64,000 nt of DNA, from contig NC_086097.1 in assembly GCF_963921235.1 (NCBI RefSeq), forward strand, positions 243,910,001 through 243,974,000, read 5' to 3'. Source of the DNA: Mobula hypostoma. Lineage: Eukaryota. Positions 23,160 to 35,689 of this stretch are shown here, piece after piece; position 1 is the first letter of the stretch, and each line of letters starts with the position of its first letter. The notes under the pieces are model-generated. The model made no database searches, was not told the DNA's origin, and was given only the letters and a program-made list of their open reading frames with translations. A program made the translations under genes and the position numbers.

Positions 23160-25880
23160 GTTCATTAATCCAGGTGTCTACTGGTTTAGCAACCATGTTC
23201 ACAAACGAGTCCGGAAGAGTTTCGGCCCATAACATCATGGTTTTCCATATAGCTCTATCCCTCGTTCTTTGGATGACTTCCATTTCCTCGATCTGTACCC
23301 ATCTGGCTAGGCTTTTGATGTACATAAGCCGAGGTCTTCCTCTAGGTTTGCTCCCCTTAGTCTTTCCAGAGCATAAGTTTTTCTAGTTCATCTTTCTGCA
23401 TGATGTGTCCTAGGAATCTGAGTTGTCTTTCTCTTATTGTTGGTATGAGCGATCGAACTGCTTGGGCTCTTCTGAGAACTTCTTCATTTGATGTGTGTGT
23501 GGTCCATGATATTTTTAACATTCTCCTGTAGAACCATAATTCAGCTGCTTCTAGTCTCTTTTCCATTGCTGGGGAAATCGTCCAGTATTCACTTCCATAA
23601 GTCAGGATAGAATAAATGAGGCACTGCAGTATTCTGTTTTTAGTGTACGTGCTCATCTTTCTGGCTGTTAATATGGTCTTCATTTCTTGGAAAGCTTCTT
23701 TCGCCATTGCTATTCTGTATTTGATATCTGTGTCGCACCTGCCATCACTTGTTATTAGGCTGCCAAGATATCTGAATTTGTTGACTTGTTTGATGTTTGT
23801 ATTTCCGATCTTGATCACACATTGTGGGATGTTTGTCTTTCTGGAGATGACCATGCTTTCTCTCTTGGTGTTGATTGAGAGGCCTCTGCGATTACTTTCT
23901 GCTGCCACGATAGTGAGTAGTTCTTGAAGTTTTGTTTCTGAGTCAGCTATTAGTACGATGTCATCAGCATATCTGATGTTATTTATATGATGTCCTCCAA
24001 TTGTGAATCCTTTGATGTCTTTGATACTTCTCAAGATATTTTCACTATACAGGTTGAATAAGTCTGGTGAAAAGACACAACCTTGCCTGACTCCTCTCAT
24101 GATATTCACATACTCACTCACTTCTCCTTCTATTCTGATGGATGCTGTCTGGTCCCAGTATAAGTTTCTTAAGAGACGTATGTCTTTCCCATCTATGTCA
24201 AGATCTTGAAGCATTTCCAGAAGATCTTGCTGTCTGACAGTATCAAATGCTTTTGTATAGTCGATGAAACATAGGTAGATGTCTTTTTGTACCTGGATGG
24301 CTCATTCACAGATCATCCGTAGCATGAAAATTGCATTTCTAGTTCCAGTGTTTTCCACAAAGCTGCATTGTTCTTTACTGATTTTGGTTTTATACAGCAT
24401 CTTGCTCTCATCATGATTACTCTGGGAATAATTTTTGCCACGTGGCTCATCAAGCTTATTGTACGATGTAACTCACATTCTGTTGCTCCCTCTTTCTTTG
24501 GAAGTGTGATGAACACTGATTTACTTAAATCATCAGGTATCTCCCCATGATCACAGAATTCATTTGCTGTTTCTGTTATTTTCTCTATTACAAATTCTTC
24601 TAAGGCCTGTATCATTTCAACAGCGATGTTGTCTGGAGCAGTTGCTCTGTTATGTTTTGTTTTAGTTATGGCTGCTCAAATTTCTGATTTTAGAAAGCTA
24701 GGTCCTTCAAGATTCTTTTTTATGTTCGGTTTTTCTCCTGTTTGGTCTTCAAAAAGTTCTTTTATGTATTCTGTCCATCTGTTTAGGATTTCCTCTTTGC
24801 TCATAATTAAGCTGCCGTCTTTTGCCTTGATGCATCCACTTGCTGAGCAAGGTAAGTTCCCCATTAGTTCTTTAATCTTACTGTACATCAACTTTGTTCC
24901 GGGGTTATGGGTTTGTGGCATTTCTATCTCTGAGCATTTCTCATTTAGCCATCTGTCTTTAGCTTCTCTGCATTTTCTTTTTATTGCCTTATCAAGTTGT
25001 TTGTATTCTTCGCTGTCTCTTGGTTTGATGGTCTGTTTTTAGAACCATATAACCATAGAATATTACAGCACAGAAACAGGCCTTTTGGCCCTTCTGGGCT
25101 GTGCTGAACTATTTTTCTGCCTCGTCCCACTGACCTGCACCTCGACCATATCCCTCCATACACTTCTCATCCATGTACCTGTCCAAGTTTTTCTTAAATG
25201 TTAAAAGTGAGCCCGCATTTACCACTTCATCTGGCAGCTCATTCCACACTCCCAACACTCTGTGTGAAGAAGTCCCCACTAATGTTCCCTTTAAACTTTT
25301 CTCCCTTCACCCTTAACCCATGTCCTCTGGTTTTTTTCTCCCCTTGCCTCAGTGGAAAAAGCCTGCTTGCATTCACTCTATCTATACCCATCATAATTTT
25401 ATATACCTCTATCAAATCTCCCCTCATGCTTCTACGCTCCAGGGAATAAAGTCCTAACCTATTCAACCTTTCTCTGTAACCGAGTTTCTCAAGTCCCGGC
25501 AACATCCTTGTAAACCTTCTCTGCACTCTTTCAACTTTACTAATATCCTTCCTTTGTTGCATCAATTGTATTATATCTTCAGTTATCCATTTCTTCTTAC
25601 CTTTCCGTTCTTTTCGTGTGATGGTTTCTTTTGCAGCTTCAACCATGGATTCCTTCAGTATGTCCCAGGAAGATTTGCCTCCTTCGTCCTGCAGCAATTG
25701 AAAACGGTTTTTCACCTCGTTTGTGTATTCTGCTTTCAGATGAGGGTTGTTTTGTAGTTGTTGATAATCCAGCGGTTCTGATCTTTTTGGTTTCTTTAAT
25801 TTTCTCACCTTTATTCTCGTTTTGCAAATGACTGGAATGTGCTCGTTTCCACGGTCCGCTCCAGGGTAGCTTTTAGATTG
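23160..25880 (-). mobile_element. RTE/BovB-like LINE, frameshifted, interrupted by CR1
   Basis: GVRQGCVFSPDLFNLYSE...NNIRYADDIVLIA (23357-24214); LPKKEGATECELHRTISLMSHVAKI; EEILNRWTEYIKELF. Confidence 0.92.
25042..25553 (-). mobile_element. CR1 LINE 3' end inserted in the RTE element
   Basis: KVERVQRRFTRMLPGLEKLGYRERLNRLGLYSLE... is fused in frame to RTE sequence in ORF 25239-25808. Confidence 0.9.
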
Positions 25881-25914
25881 AGTTATCGAGTTTTTGAATC
25901 TGTATTGATTGTTA

Positions 25915-26650
25915 CGTAGTGGATTTGATTTTTGTTGCTTTCAGTACACAACTGTAAAGGAGAACAAAATAATTGTTACTCTGGACCTGACACAGCACCA
26001 AAAGAAACAACAAGATAAAGAATACAACAATAAGAAGCACAATAAATACAAATGCATAAGATAGCTTATCTACATAGCTAGATTGTATGTCCATAAAGTG
26101 ACACTGGGCGCCAAAGTGTCTGTATGTAAGGTGATTGGCAAGAAATGGTAAAGGGGGTTACTGGTGGTGGGGGTTCCGGTGGGGTGGGGTCAGTGGGTGG
26201 AGGCTTTGATCAGCCAGACAGCTTAGGGAAAGTAACTGCTTTTGAGTCTGGTGGTCCTGGTGTAGCTACTCCGTAACCTCTTCCCTAATGGGAGCAGGCA
26301 AACAGTCCACGAACTGGGTGGGTGGGATCCTTCATGACGTTACTGGCTCTTTCCCGGCACCTTTCTGCATATATATCCTTGATGGTGGGTAAGCTGGTGC
26401 TGGTGATGCATTGGGCAATTTTGACTGCCAGTTGTAGAACCTTCCTGTCATGTCATGTACAGACACTCCTGTGCCTAAAGCCACTTTGTGGACATACAAT
26501 CTACCTATGCATATAAGCTGTCTTATGCGTTTATATTTATTGTGTTCTTTAACTTATTATGTTTTTGTGTGCTGCAGCAGATCTGGAGTAACAATTACTT
26601 CGTTCTGTACACCTGTGTATTAGAAATGGCATTAAACGATCTTGAATCTT
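25915..26650. mobile_element. Two Rex-type 3' fragments in opposite orientation
   Basis: 25915-26100 (minus) and 26470-26650 (plus) are diverged reverse complements of each other (ggacatacaatcta...tcttatgc...tggagtaacaattac). Confidence 0.65.
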
Positions 26651-26789
26651 TGAGCTCGAGTTCCTCTAGCATTTTGCAATTATCAGTGACATTTATTCCT
26701 GATAAAGTTGGACTTGAGTGATTAACACTTCAGAAACAGACGCTGCCTGACCTGCTTTCTTATGAGCCTGGCTGGTTGTCTGTCACATT

Positions 26790-27218
26790 CTTTACTCGTT
26801 GGAATTTAGAAGATTGAGGGAGGGATCTTATTGAAACGTATAAAATCCTAAAGGGATTGGACAGGCTAGATGCAGGAAGATTGTTCCCGATGTTGGGGAA
26901 GTCCAGAACGAGGGGTCACAGTTTGAGGATAAAGGGGAAGCCTTTTAGGACCGAGATTAGGAAAAACTTCTTCACACAGAGAGTGGTGAATCTGTGGAAT
27001 TCTCTGCCACAGGAAACAGTTGAGGCCAGTTCATTGGCTATATTTAAGAGGGAGTTAGATATGGCCCTTGTGGCTAAAGGGATCAGGGGTATGGAGAGAA
27101 GGCAGGTACAGGGTTCTGAGTTGGATGATCAGCCATGATCATACTGAATGGCGGTGCAGGCTCGAAGGGCCGAATGGCCTACTCCTGCGCCGATTTTCTA
27201 TGTTTTCTATGTTTTCTA
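26790..27218 (+). mobile_element. Young CR1 3' end
   Basis: DRLDAGRLFPMLGKSRTRGHSLRIKGKPFRTEIRKNFFTQRVVNLWN; same subfamily as 11578-12723. Confidence 0.95.
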
Positions 27219-27965
27219 TCCAATGATGGTGGGAGGCCCGTGCAGGAGAGTTTTTAAAAGTGGAAAAGCCATCACAATGGGGCAGATCCACTCTCGAACT
27301 TGGATGTCCAGGTCTGCAATGCTCCGTGGAGAGTGAAGTGCATGACAAGACACAGAAGTCATGGTCACAAACTGGGGTCTGTCTTGGTTGCAGTGGATGA
27401 CCACAAATTCTTCTGTGTCTGGTCATGCCCTCCGCTCTCCATGGAGTGTTGCGGAACTGCCTTCCTGGTGATTGGATCTCATCCGCCGGGTGCCCCCAGA
27501 GCTGACTTCACATGCTCGGACAGGCTTGACCCTATCTGACGAGTATGAGGCACGCCAGCTATCCTCACCTGGGTTAGCCCGCTTGTCGAAACAGTGCGCC
27601 GGGGTGCGGATGTTGTCACATGCGAACCGCTACTTGGAGCCACAGGTGAGAGCTGAGTGTCTGGTGGGGACCAAAGGTGAGTGAGCTGCCCCAGACTGGA
27701 CACAACAAGTGCCTTTTTGAGAGTATTACCCGTCTCTGGACACCGCATCCACCTTAGCTTTACTTAGATGCACGTAGTGAAGAGCCAGCCCGTTTCTATC
27801 ATTTGAAACAACAATCCAAAATGTACTTGAACAATAACAATTAGCAGGTATGACCAGCAAAGCTCTTTTCAACACTAGCCCTGTCCATAATTCTACTGCG
27901 ATGCAGTCTCTATAAATGCAGTTACTTTGTAGGTAATTAGGCCTAATCGATCACAAATGAGTTAT

Positions 27966-28101
27966 GGAGAATACACAACATTACATCACATACAGGCCGT
28001 TTGGCCCACCAGAGAACATACTACATTACATTACATACAGGTCCTGTTGATCCACCGGAGAACATACAACATTATATCACATATGACTCTTCGGTCCACT
28101 G
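27966..28101. repeat. Three degenerate ~46-bp tandem repeats
   Basis: gagaa(c)ata-c-acatta-at-acata(c)a-g...(g)cc(a)c unit repeated three times. Confidence 0.7.
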
Positions 28102-28199
28102 TTATATTTCTGAATGGACAATGAACTCACCCATGAACCCTGCCTCACTACGTTTGCTCTCTTTTTGCACTGCTTATTGAACTTCTATATAAATTTATA

Positions 28200-30655
28200 T
28201 ACAAATATTATAATTATGAAGAAAGCACAGCAACACCGCTACTTCCTTAGGAGTTTGCAAAGATCCAGCATGACATTAAAACTTTGACAACTTTTATAGA
28301 TGAGTAGTGGAGAGTGTACTGAGAGTGCGTCGCAGTCTGGTATAGAAACTGTAATTTATGGATCTATTTCTTTTAGAGCAATGACTTTAAATTGAGTTTT
28401 TCAAGAATAAAATCCCATATTGTGGACATGTCTTTTACAAGCGTGGCTTACATCAGTCACATGAGAATACTGAAGCAGTACTACTGGCGCCCAAACCAGA
28501 AAATGTGTCACAACTCAGGTCATACTTGGGCCTTGTAAACTACTACCACTGGTTTCTCCCAAACATTGCCCCAGTGCTGCACCCACTAAAGCACTGTTAC
28601 AGACAGGAGCAAAGTGGGAATGGTTAGAAAGATGTGAAAGACTATTCAAGGAAAGAAAGAGACTAATAACATCAGATAAACTGCTTACCCATTATGACCC
28701 ATCTCAGCCCATCAGACTGGCGTGTAATGTGTCCCCTTTATGGCATTGTCACCATTTTGTCACGCACTATGAAAGATGGATCTGAATGTCCAATTGCACT
28801 TGCTTCAAGATCACTGACGAGTGCAGAATGCAACTACGCACAGGCACCATTACATCCACGGGAGTGGCCTTCATCACCATGGCAAAGAGTACTTACTGAC
28901 TTTGCTGGGCCATTCATGACTCCATGTTTCTGATTGCTGTGGAAGCTCATTTGAAGTGGCCAGTGGTCATACCAATGAAGTCAGTCATCTCAGAAAAGAT
29001 TGTCTCAGTTCTGAGGACTATCTTCACCAGAAACGGCTACCTGTACAAATTGTGAGTGACAATGGACCACAATACATGTCAGAAGAATTCAGACTCTTCA
29101 TGAAAAAAAATGGCATCAGACTTTTCAAGTCAGCTCCTCACCACCCAGCAACGAATGGATTAGCTGAAAGGTTTATCCAAACATTCAAGAAATCCATTAA
29201 AGTTATGGACAAGGAGGACATTTCTCTACAGCACAAGGTGGACGACTTCCTCTTTGTGTATCAGATCTCTGTTCATGCGACAACAAATCACGCACCTGCA
29301 AAGATGTTCATCGGCAGGAATCTGAGAACTCATGCAGACCTCCTGAAACCAGATCTATAGAGGGAATACAGAGTAAACAGCTCAGCCAGTTGCCAAGTGA
29401 ATCAGCGAGGAGCTTTATGGTTGGATAGGGAGTTCTAGTGTAGGATTATCCTAAAAAGACCCAGTAAGATAGCTACAAGTACTGGACTACTGATGTACAC
29501 AGTGGATGTTGGAGATCAGACATGGAGACGTCATGTGGACCAGATACTGCATGCTCAACTGAAGAACACACCTGAGTTAATTGCATTTAAAAAGACAAAC
29601 ACATTACAGTCACCGGACTTACCTCTCTGAGATTATCATGCCACTGACACCAACATGACATGAGCAACCAAGAACATTGTCTTTGACAAGACCCCTGCCA
29701 AACCTGACGCCACTCCACAGGTCCAGAGGCGCTATCCTGAAAGAAACAGAGCGCCACCAAAAAGACTGAATATTTAGTACAGTGAAGTTAGTTGTGGACT
29801 GTTATTGTGAAAGCACGTTTATTTGGAATATGGTTTGCGAAAGGGAAATTGAATGTTCTGTACACATACAGTTTATATTGCATTAATCTAGAGGGGGAAG
29901 AAGTGTAATAAATGCATCAATTTCTTTTAGAGCAATGACTCCCCATAGCACTATGTGTGGACTGATAACTTACCCATGCGCATTGATCTGATCTGTTGTC
30001 TACACGTGCACATTGATGTCTCTCTCTCCCTCTCTCTCATTGCAATGTGACTATATCAGTTAAAACCATCTCCCATAAGCGTGCTTTTATTTGACTGATA
30101 CGTAGTTGTACAGACACAACAGAAACACCTATGCCCTTGAATAGAAAATCCTACAAAAGTAATGAATATGTTCCAGTCCAACATGGATAAGGCCCTTCCC
30201 ACCATTGACCACATCTACATGAAACGCTGTTGCAGGAAAGCGGAATCCATCATCAGGGACTTCCATCACCCAGGCCATGCTCTTTTCTTGCTGCTGCCAA
30301 CAGGAAGAAGGTACAGGAGCCTTGGGACTTTCACCACCAAGTTCAGGAACAGTTGTTACCTCTCAATCATCAGGCTCTTGAACCAGAGGGGATAACTTCA
30401 CTCATCTTCAATTCATCATTGAATTGTTCCCACAATCTGTGCACTCACTTTCAAGGATTCTTCATCTCATGCGCTCGATATTTATTCCATATTTATTATT
30501 ATTATTATTCCTTTCATTCAGCATTTGCACAGTTTGTGTCTTTTGCATACTGGTTGAAAGCCCAAGTCGGTGCAGTCTTTCATTGATTCTATTATAGTTA
30601 TTATTCTATTATGGATCTATTGAGTATGCCCACAAGAAAATGAATTTCAGGGTGA
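28200..30655 (+). mobile_element. Rex1/Babar-like LINE 3' part split by the Gypsy element
   Basis: ...agtctggtatagaaac | gaaacacctatgcccttgaatagaaaatcctacaaaaag. ORF 30162-30395 reads HPGHALFLLLPTGRRYRSL. Confidence 0.75.
28350..30121 (+). mobile_element. Internally deleted Ty3/Gypsy LTR retrotransposon with 5-bp TSD
   Basis: TG...CA ends and TSD gaaac (28345-28349, 30122-30126). PPT agagggggaagaag precedes the 3' LTR (29904-30121); only ~37 bp of the 5' LTR is recognisable. RNase H fragment PIALASRSLTSAECNYAQ; integrase fragments PWQRVLTDFAGPF and IVSDNGPQY...HPATNGLAERFIQTFKK. Confidence 0.9.
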
Positions 30656-30664
30656 CATAACAGT

Positions 30665-31255
30665 GAATCTCAGTTTTGGGAAGTGTATGATCCTGCACTT
30701 AGATAGAAGAAATGAAAGGGTTGGAGTATTGCAAACAGATTTGGGCCCCTTATCTTAGAAGGGACGTGCTGAAACTGGAGAGGGTTCAAAGGAGATTCAC
30801 AGAAATGATTCCAGGATTGAATGGCTTATCCTATGAAGAATGTTTGATGGCTCCTGGCCTGTATTCACTGTAAATCAGAAGAATGAGGGGTGATCTCATT
30901 GAAACCTATCGAATGGTGAAAGGCCTTGATAGAGTGGATATGGAGAGGATGTTTCCTCTGGTGGGAGAGTCTAAGACCAGAGGACACAGCCTCAAAATTG
31001 AGGGGCATCCTTTTAAAACAGAGAGAAGGAGAAATTTCTTTAGCTAGAGAATGGCAAATCTGTGGAATTCTTTGCTACAGGCAGCCAAGTCTTTATGTAT
31101 ATTTAAGGCAGAGGATGATAGATCCTTGATTGGTCAGGGAGAAGACAGGAGATTGAGGCTGAGAGGAAAATTGGATCAGCCATAATGAAATTGTGGAGCA
31201 GACTTGATTAGCCTAATGGTCTAATTCAGCTCCAATATCTTATGGTCTTATGGAC
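30665..31255 (+). mobile_element. CR1 3' fragment
   Basis: ctggagagggttcaaaggagattcac...gaatgaggggtgatctcattgaaacc and (cttatggt)n tail. Confidence 0.85.
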
Positions 31256-31469
31256 ATGTATGTACTTTGAACTTTAATCATTTAAAGCTAAAACTGTTCA
31301 ATTCTTTTTCTAATTTGGATTACTTCAGTGGGACTAAATGATGTAAAGAACATTTCAATTGAAAAGAGTATGATGTTCTCCTAAGGGGTTGTCTATTGAT
31401 GGGTTCTCACGTGGCTGTGGGGGCTTTTCAGGACAATTTCTCTGGTTCAGAGAAAACTTACAATTTTAC

Positions 31470-31870
31470 AAGGTTTTTGCTGGGACTGAGGACCTAAGTG
31501 AAAGGGAAGGTTTGAATAGAGGAGATTTAATAGAGGTATACAAAATTATGAGGGGTATAGATAGGGTATTTGCAAGCAGGATTTTTCCACTGAGGTTGTG
31601 TGAGACTAGAACTAGAGATTATGGGTTAAGGGTGAAAAGTAAAATGGTTAATGTGAACATGTATACACACTTCGATAATAAATGTACTTTGAGCTTCTTC
31701 ATACAGAGGGTGGTGAGAGTGTGGAATGAGCTACCAGCAGATGTGGTGGATGCAGGTTCAATTTCAACACTCAAGAGAAATTTGGACAGGTACATGGATA
31801 GGAGAGGTAGGGGACACTACAGTCCAGGTGCAGGTCAATGGGACTAGGCAGATTAATGGTTCAGCACTGA
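31470..31870 (+). mobile_element. CR1 3' fragment
   Basis: RGDLIEVYKIMRGIDRV...FFIQRVVRVWNELP. Confidence 0.8.
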
Positions 31871-31872
31871 AT

Positions 31873-32883
31873 AGAAACCATAGAAACCATAGAAAAACTA
31901 CAGCACAGAAACAGGCCTTTTGGCCCTTCTTGGCTGTGCCGAACCATTTTCTGCCTAGTCCCACTGACCTGCACACGGACCATATCCCTCCATACACCTC
32001 CCATCCATGTATCTGTCCAATTTATTCTTAAATGTTAGAAAAGAACCCGCATTTACCACCTCGTCTGGCAGCTCATTCTATACTCCCACCACTCTGTGTG
32101 AAGAAGCCCCCACTAATGTTCCCTTTAAACTTTTCCCCCCTCACCCTTAACTCATGTCCTCTGGTTTTTTTCTCCCCTTGCCTCAGTGGAAAAAGCCTGC
32201 TTGCATTCACTCTATCTATACCCATCATAATTTTATATACCTCTATCAAATCTCCCCTCATTCTTCTATGCTCCAGTGAATAAAGTCCCAACCTATTCAA
32301 CCTTTCTCTGTAACTGAGTTTCTCAAGTCCCGGCAACATCCTTGTAAACCTTCTCTGCACTCTTTCAACCTTATTTATATCCTTCCTGTAATTTGGTGAC
32401 CAAAACTGAACACAATACTCCAGATTCGGCCTCACCAATGCCTTATACAACCTCATCATAACATTCCAGCTCTTATACTCAATACTTTGATTAATAAAGG
32501 CCAATGTACCAAAAGCTCTCTTTACGACCCTATCTACCTGTGACGCCACTTTTAGGGAATTTTGTATCTGTATTCCCAGATCCCTCTGTTCTACTGCACT
32601 CCTCAGTGCCTTACCATTAACCCTGTATGTTCTACCTTGGTTTGTCCTTCCAACGTGCAATACCTCACACTTGTCTGTATTAAACTCCATCTGCCATTTT
32701 TCAGCCCATTTTTCCAGCTGGTCCAAGTCCCTCTGCAGGCTCTGAAAACCTTCTTCGCTGTCTACTACACCTCCAATCTTTGAATCATCAGCAAATTTGC
32801 TGATCCAATTTACCACATTATCATCCAGATCATTGATATAGATGACAAATAACAATGGACCCAGCACTGATCCCTGTGGCACA
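31873..32883 (-). mobile_element. CR1 LINE, 5'-truncated within RT
   Basis: PQGSVLGPLLFVIYINDLD...KFADDSKIGG...RGDLIEVYKI and (ctatggttt)n tail. Confidence 0.95.
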
Positions 32884-32934
32884 GAGGGAATAGATGGGCC
32901 AAAGGGCCTACTTCTGTGCTGTAGTGCTCTGTGA

Positions 32935-33360
32935 TTTTCCTTCAACTGGGAGTGAAGGATCTGTTTGGAGAGATGCGAGTTTGGCATCTCCAGTATACCA
33001 TATCTGCCCTTCTAGCCGATCCTCAAAATCTTTCTTAAGGCTCTTTGATGGCATTATACTTACAGGTAGCCAATTCTAAAAGCCCAGAATGGATCAGTGT
33101 TGTGACGTAGTGCTTGATTCTGAGAGCTGAACCTAAAGTGATCATTTCTCAATGACTTTGCAGATTCTGATGACGTGATAAGCTATTGGTGGAAGGTGTA
33201 CTGTATAAAACGTGTTGGTTGTCTATCATTTCTGACGGTGACGTAACCTGTGTAGGAGTTTTATAGTGAAAAAGCCATTACACTGGGGCAGTTCCACTTT
33301 CTCAGCCTCAAAAATCTCGGTTCAATGGGACAGAAAAAATTATCACGACTGGAGATTTCC
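32935..33360 (-). mobile_element. RTE-type fragment
   Basis: MPNSHLSKQILHSQLKE resembles the RTE C-terminal motif. 33240-33310 resembles 27230-27295. Confidence 0.5.
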
Positions 33361-33749
33361 AGTATACCATTTACACATCAGAACAGTACAGTACAATCTT
33401 TAATTATCCTTAAAGTAACTCCATTCTCCAGAAATCCAAATTGTTGCTTGGGTTGTTTTCTCTGGAGCAGCACAGGCTGAGGGGAGATCTGCGTGTGTTT
33501 TTTCAGAATATCAGAAGCATACAGTGGCTATAAAAAGTATTCACCCCCCCCCAGAAGTTTATTTGTTTTATTGTTCGACAACATTGAATCACAGTGGATT
33601 TAATTTGGCCTTTTTTGACACTGATCAACAGAAAAAGACTCTTCCCTGTCAAAGTGAAAATAAATCTCTACTAAGTGAGCTAAATTAATTACAAATATAA
33701 AAGACAAAATAATTGATTGCATAAGTATTCACCCCCTTCAAGTCAGGAT

Positions 33750-34760
33750 TTAGTAGATGCACCCTTGGCAGCAGTTACAGCCTTGAGTCTGTGTGGATAA
33801 GTCTCTATCAGCTTTGAATATCTGAACACTGCAATTTTTCTCCATTCTTCTTCACAAAACTGCTCGAGCTCTGTCAGATTGCGTGGGGATTATGAGTGAT
33901 CAGACCTTTTCAAGTCCAGCCACAAATTCTCAATTGGATTAAAGTTTGGACTCTGACTTGGCCACTCCAGGACATTAACTTTGCTGTTTTTAAGCTATTC
34001 CTGTGCAGCTTTGGCTTAATGCTTGAGGTTATTGTCTTGCTGGAAAACAAATCTTCTACCAAGCCACAGTTCTCTTGCAGACTGCATTAGTTTTTCCTCC
34101 AGGATTTCCCTGTCTTTTACTGCATTCTTTTTACCCTCTACCTTCACAAGCCTTCCAGGGCCTGCTGCAGTGAAGCATCCCCACAGCACGATGCAGCCAC
34201 TACCATTCTTCACAATAGGGATGGGGTGTATTTGGTGACGTGCAGTGTTTGGCTTACACCAAACGTAAGGTTTGATCTGATGGCCAAAAAGCTCAATTTT
34301 GGTTTCATCAGACCATAGAACCTTCTTTCAGCTGACCTAAAAGTCTTCCACATGCCTTCTGGCAAACTCTAGCTGAGATTTCATGTGAGGTTTTTTTTTC
34401 AACAGTGGCTTTCTCTTTGCCACTCTCCCATAAAGCTGTGACTGGTGAAGCATGTGGGAAACAGTTGTTGTATACACAATCTCTCCCATCTCAGCCACTG
34501 AAGCTTGTAACTCCTCCAGAGTTGTCATGGGTCTCTTGGTGGCCTCCCTCACTAGTCCCCTTCTTGCATGGTCACTCGGTTTCTGAGGACGGTCTGCTCA
34601 AGGCAGATTTACAGCTGTGCCATTTCTTTCCATTTCTTGATGATTGACTTAACTGTACTCCAAGGGATATTCAGTGACTTGGAGATTGTCTTGTATCCAT
34701 CTCCTGACTTGTGCTTTTTGCAGAGTAGTTTGGAGTGTTCTTTTGTCTTTGTGGTGTAGT
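33750..34760 (-). pseudogene. Tc1 transposase, frameshifted
   Basis: REATKRPMTTLEELQ...YGRVAKRKPLLKK; GSGCIVLWGCF...[28 protein letters not shown] at ~33920-33970. Confidence 0.9.
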
Positions 34761-35044
34761 TTTTGCCAGGATACTGACTCACCAGCAGTTGGACATTCCA
34801 GACACAGGTGTATTTTTACCACAATCAGTTGAAACACCTTGACTGCACACAAATCTCCATTTAACTAATTATGTGACTTCGAAAACCAATTGGCTACACC
34901 AGTGATTATTTGGTGTGTCATATTAAAGGAGGTGAATACTTTTACAATCAATTATTTTGTGTTTTATATTTGTAATTAATTTGGATCACTTCGTAGAGTT
35001 CTGCTTTAACTTTGGCACAAAACAGCCTTTTACTGTTGATCTCC

Positions 35045-35653
35045 CAGGATCTCCCAGTGGCCACACATTTTAATTCCACATCCCATTCCCATTCTGACAT
35101 GTCTATCCACGGCCTCCTCTACTGTAAAGATGAAGCCACACTCAGGTTGGAGGAACAACACCTTATATCCCGTCTGGGTAGCCTCCAACCTGATGGCATG
35201 AACATTGACTTCTCTAACTTCCGCTAGGCCCCACCTCCCCCTCGTACCCCATCTGTTACTCTTTTTAATGCACACATTCTTTCTCTCACTCTCCTTTTTC
35301 TCCCTCTGTCCCTCTGAATATACCTCTTGCCCATCCTCTGGGTCACCCCCCCCCGTCTTTCTTCCCGGACCTCCTGTCCCATGATCCTCTCGTATCCCCT
35401 TTTGCCTATCACCTGTCCAGCTCTCAGCTCCATCCCTCCCCCTCCTGTCTTCTCCTATCATTTTGCATCTCCCCCTCCCCCTCCATCTTTCAAATCCCTT
35501 ACTCACTCTTCCTTCAGTTAGTCCTGACGAAGGGTCTTGGCCTGAAACGTCGACTGCGCCTCTTCCTATAGATGCTGCCTGGCCTGCTGCGTTCACCAGC
35601 AACTTTGATGTATGTTGCTTGAATTTCCAGCATCTGCAGAATTCCTGTTGTTT
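35045..35653 (+). repeat. PLE 5' pseudo-LTR (partial tandem copy including the GIY-YIG C-terminus)
   Basis: Near-identical to 38558-39168, with roughly 8 differences by eye. Confidence 0.95.
35520..35555 (+). ncRNA. Minimal type I hammerhead ribozyme (5' pLTR)
   Basis: agtc-CTGACGA(35524-35530)-agggtcttggcct-GAAA-cgtc^gact. Stem I agtc/gact, short stem II, palindromic ACGT in place of stem III; predicted cut after C35551. Confidence 0.8.
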
Positions 35654-35689
35654 GCGTTTAAATTCACTACTGCGAAGCCTCTTCCGGTG

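Noticed and set aside
35612..35689. Non-ATG start given by the ORF track for the PLE protein
   Set aside because: It begins inside the pLTR tail; the first in-frame ATG at 35690 is more plausible.
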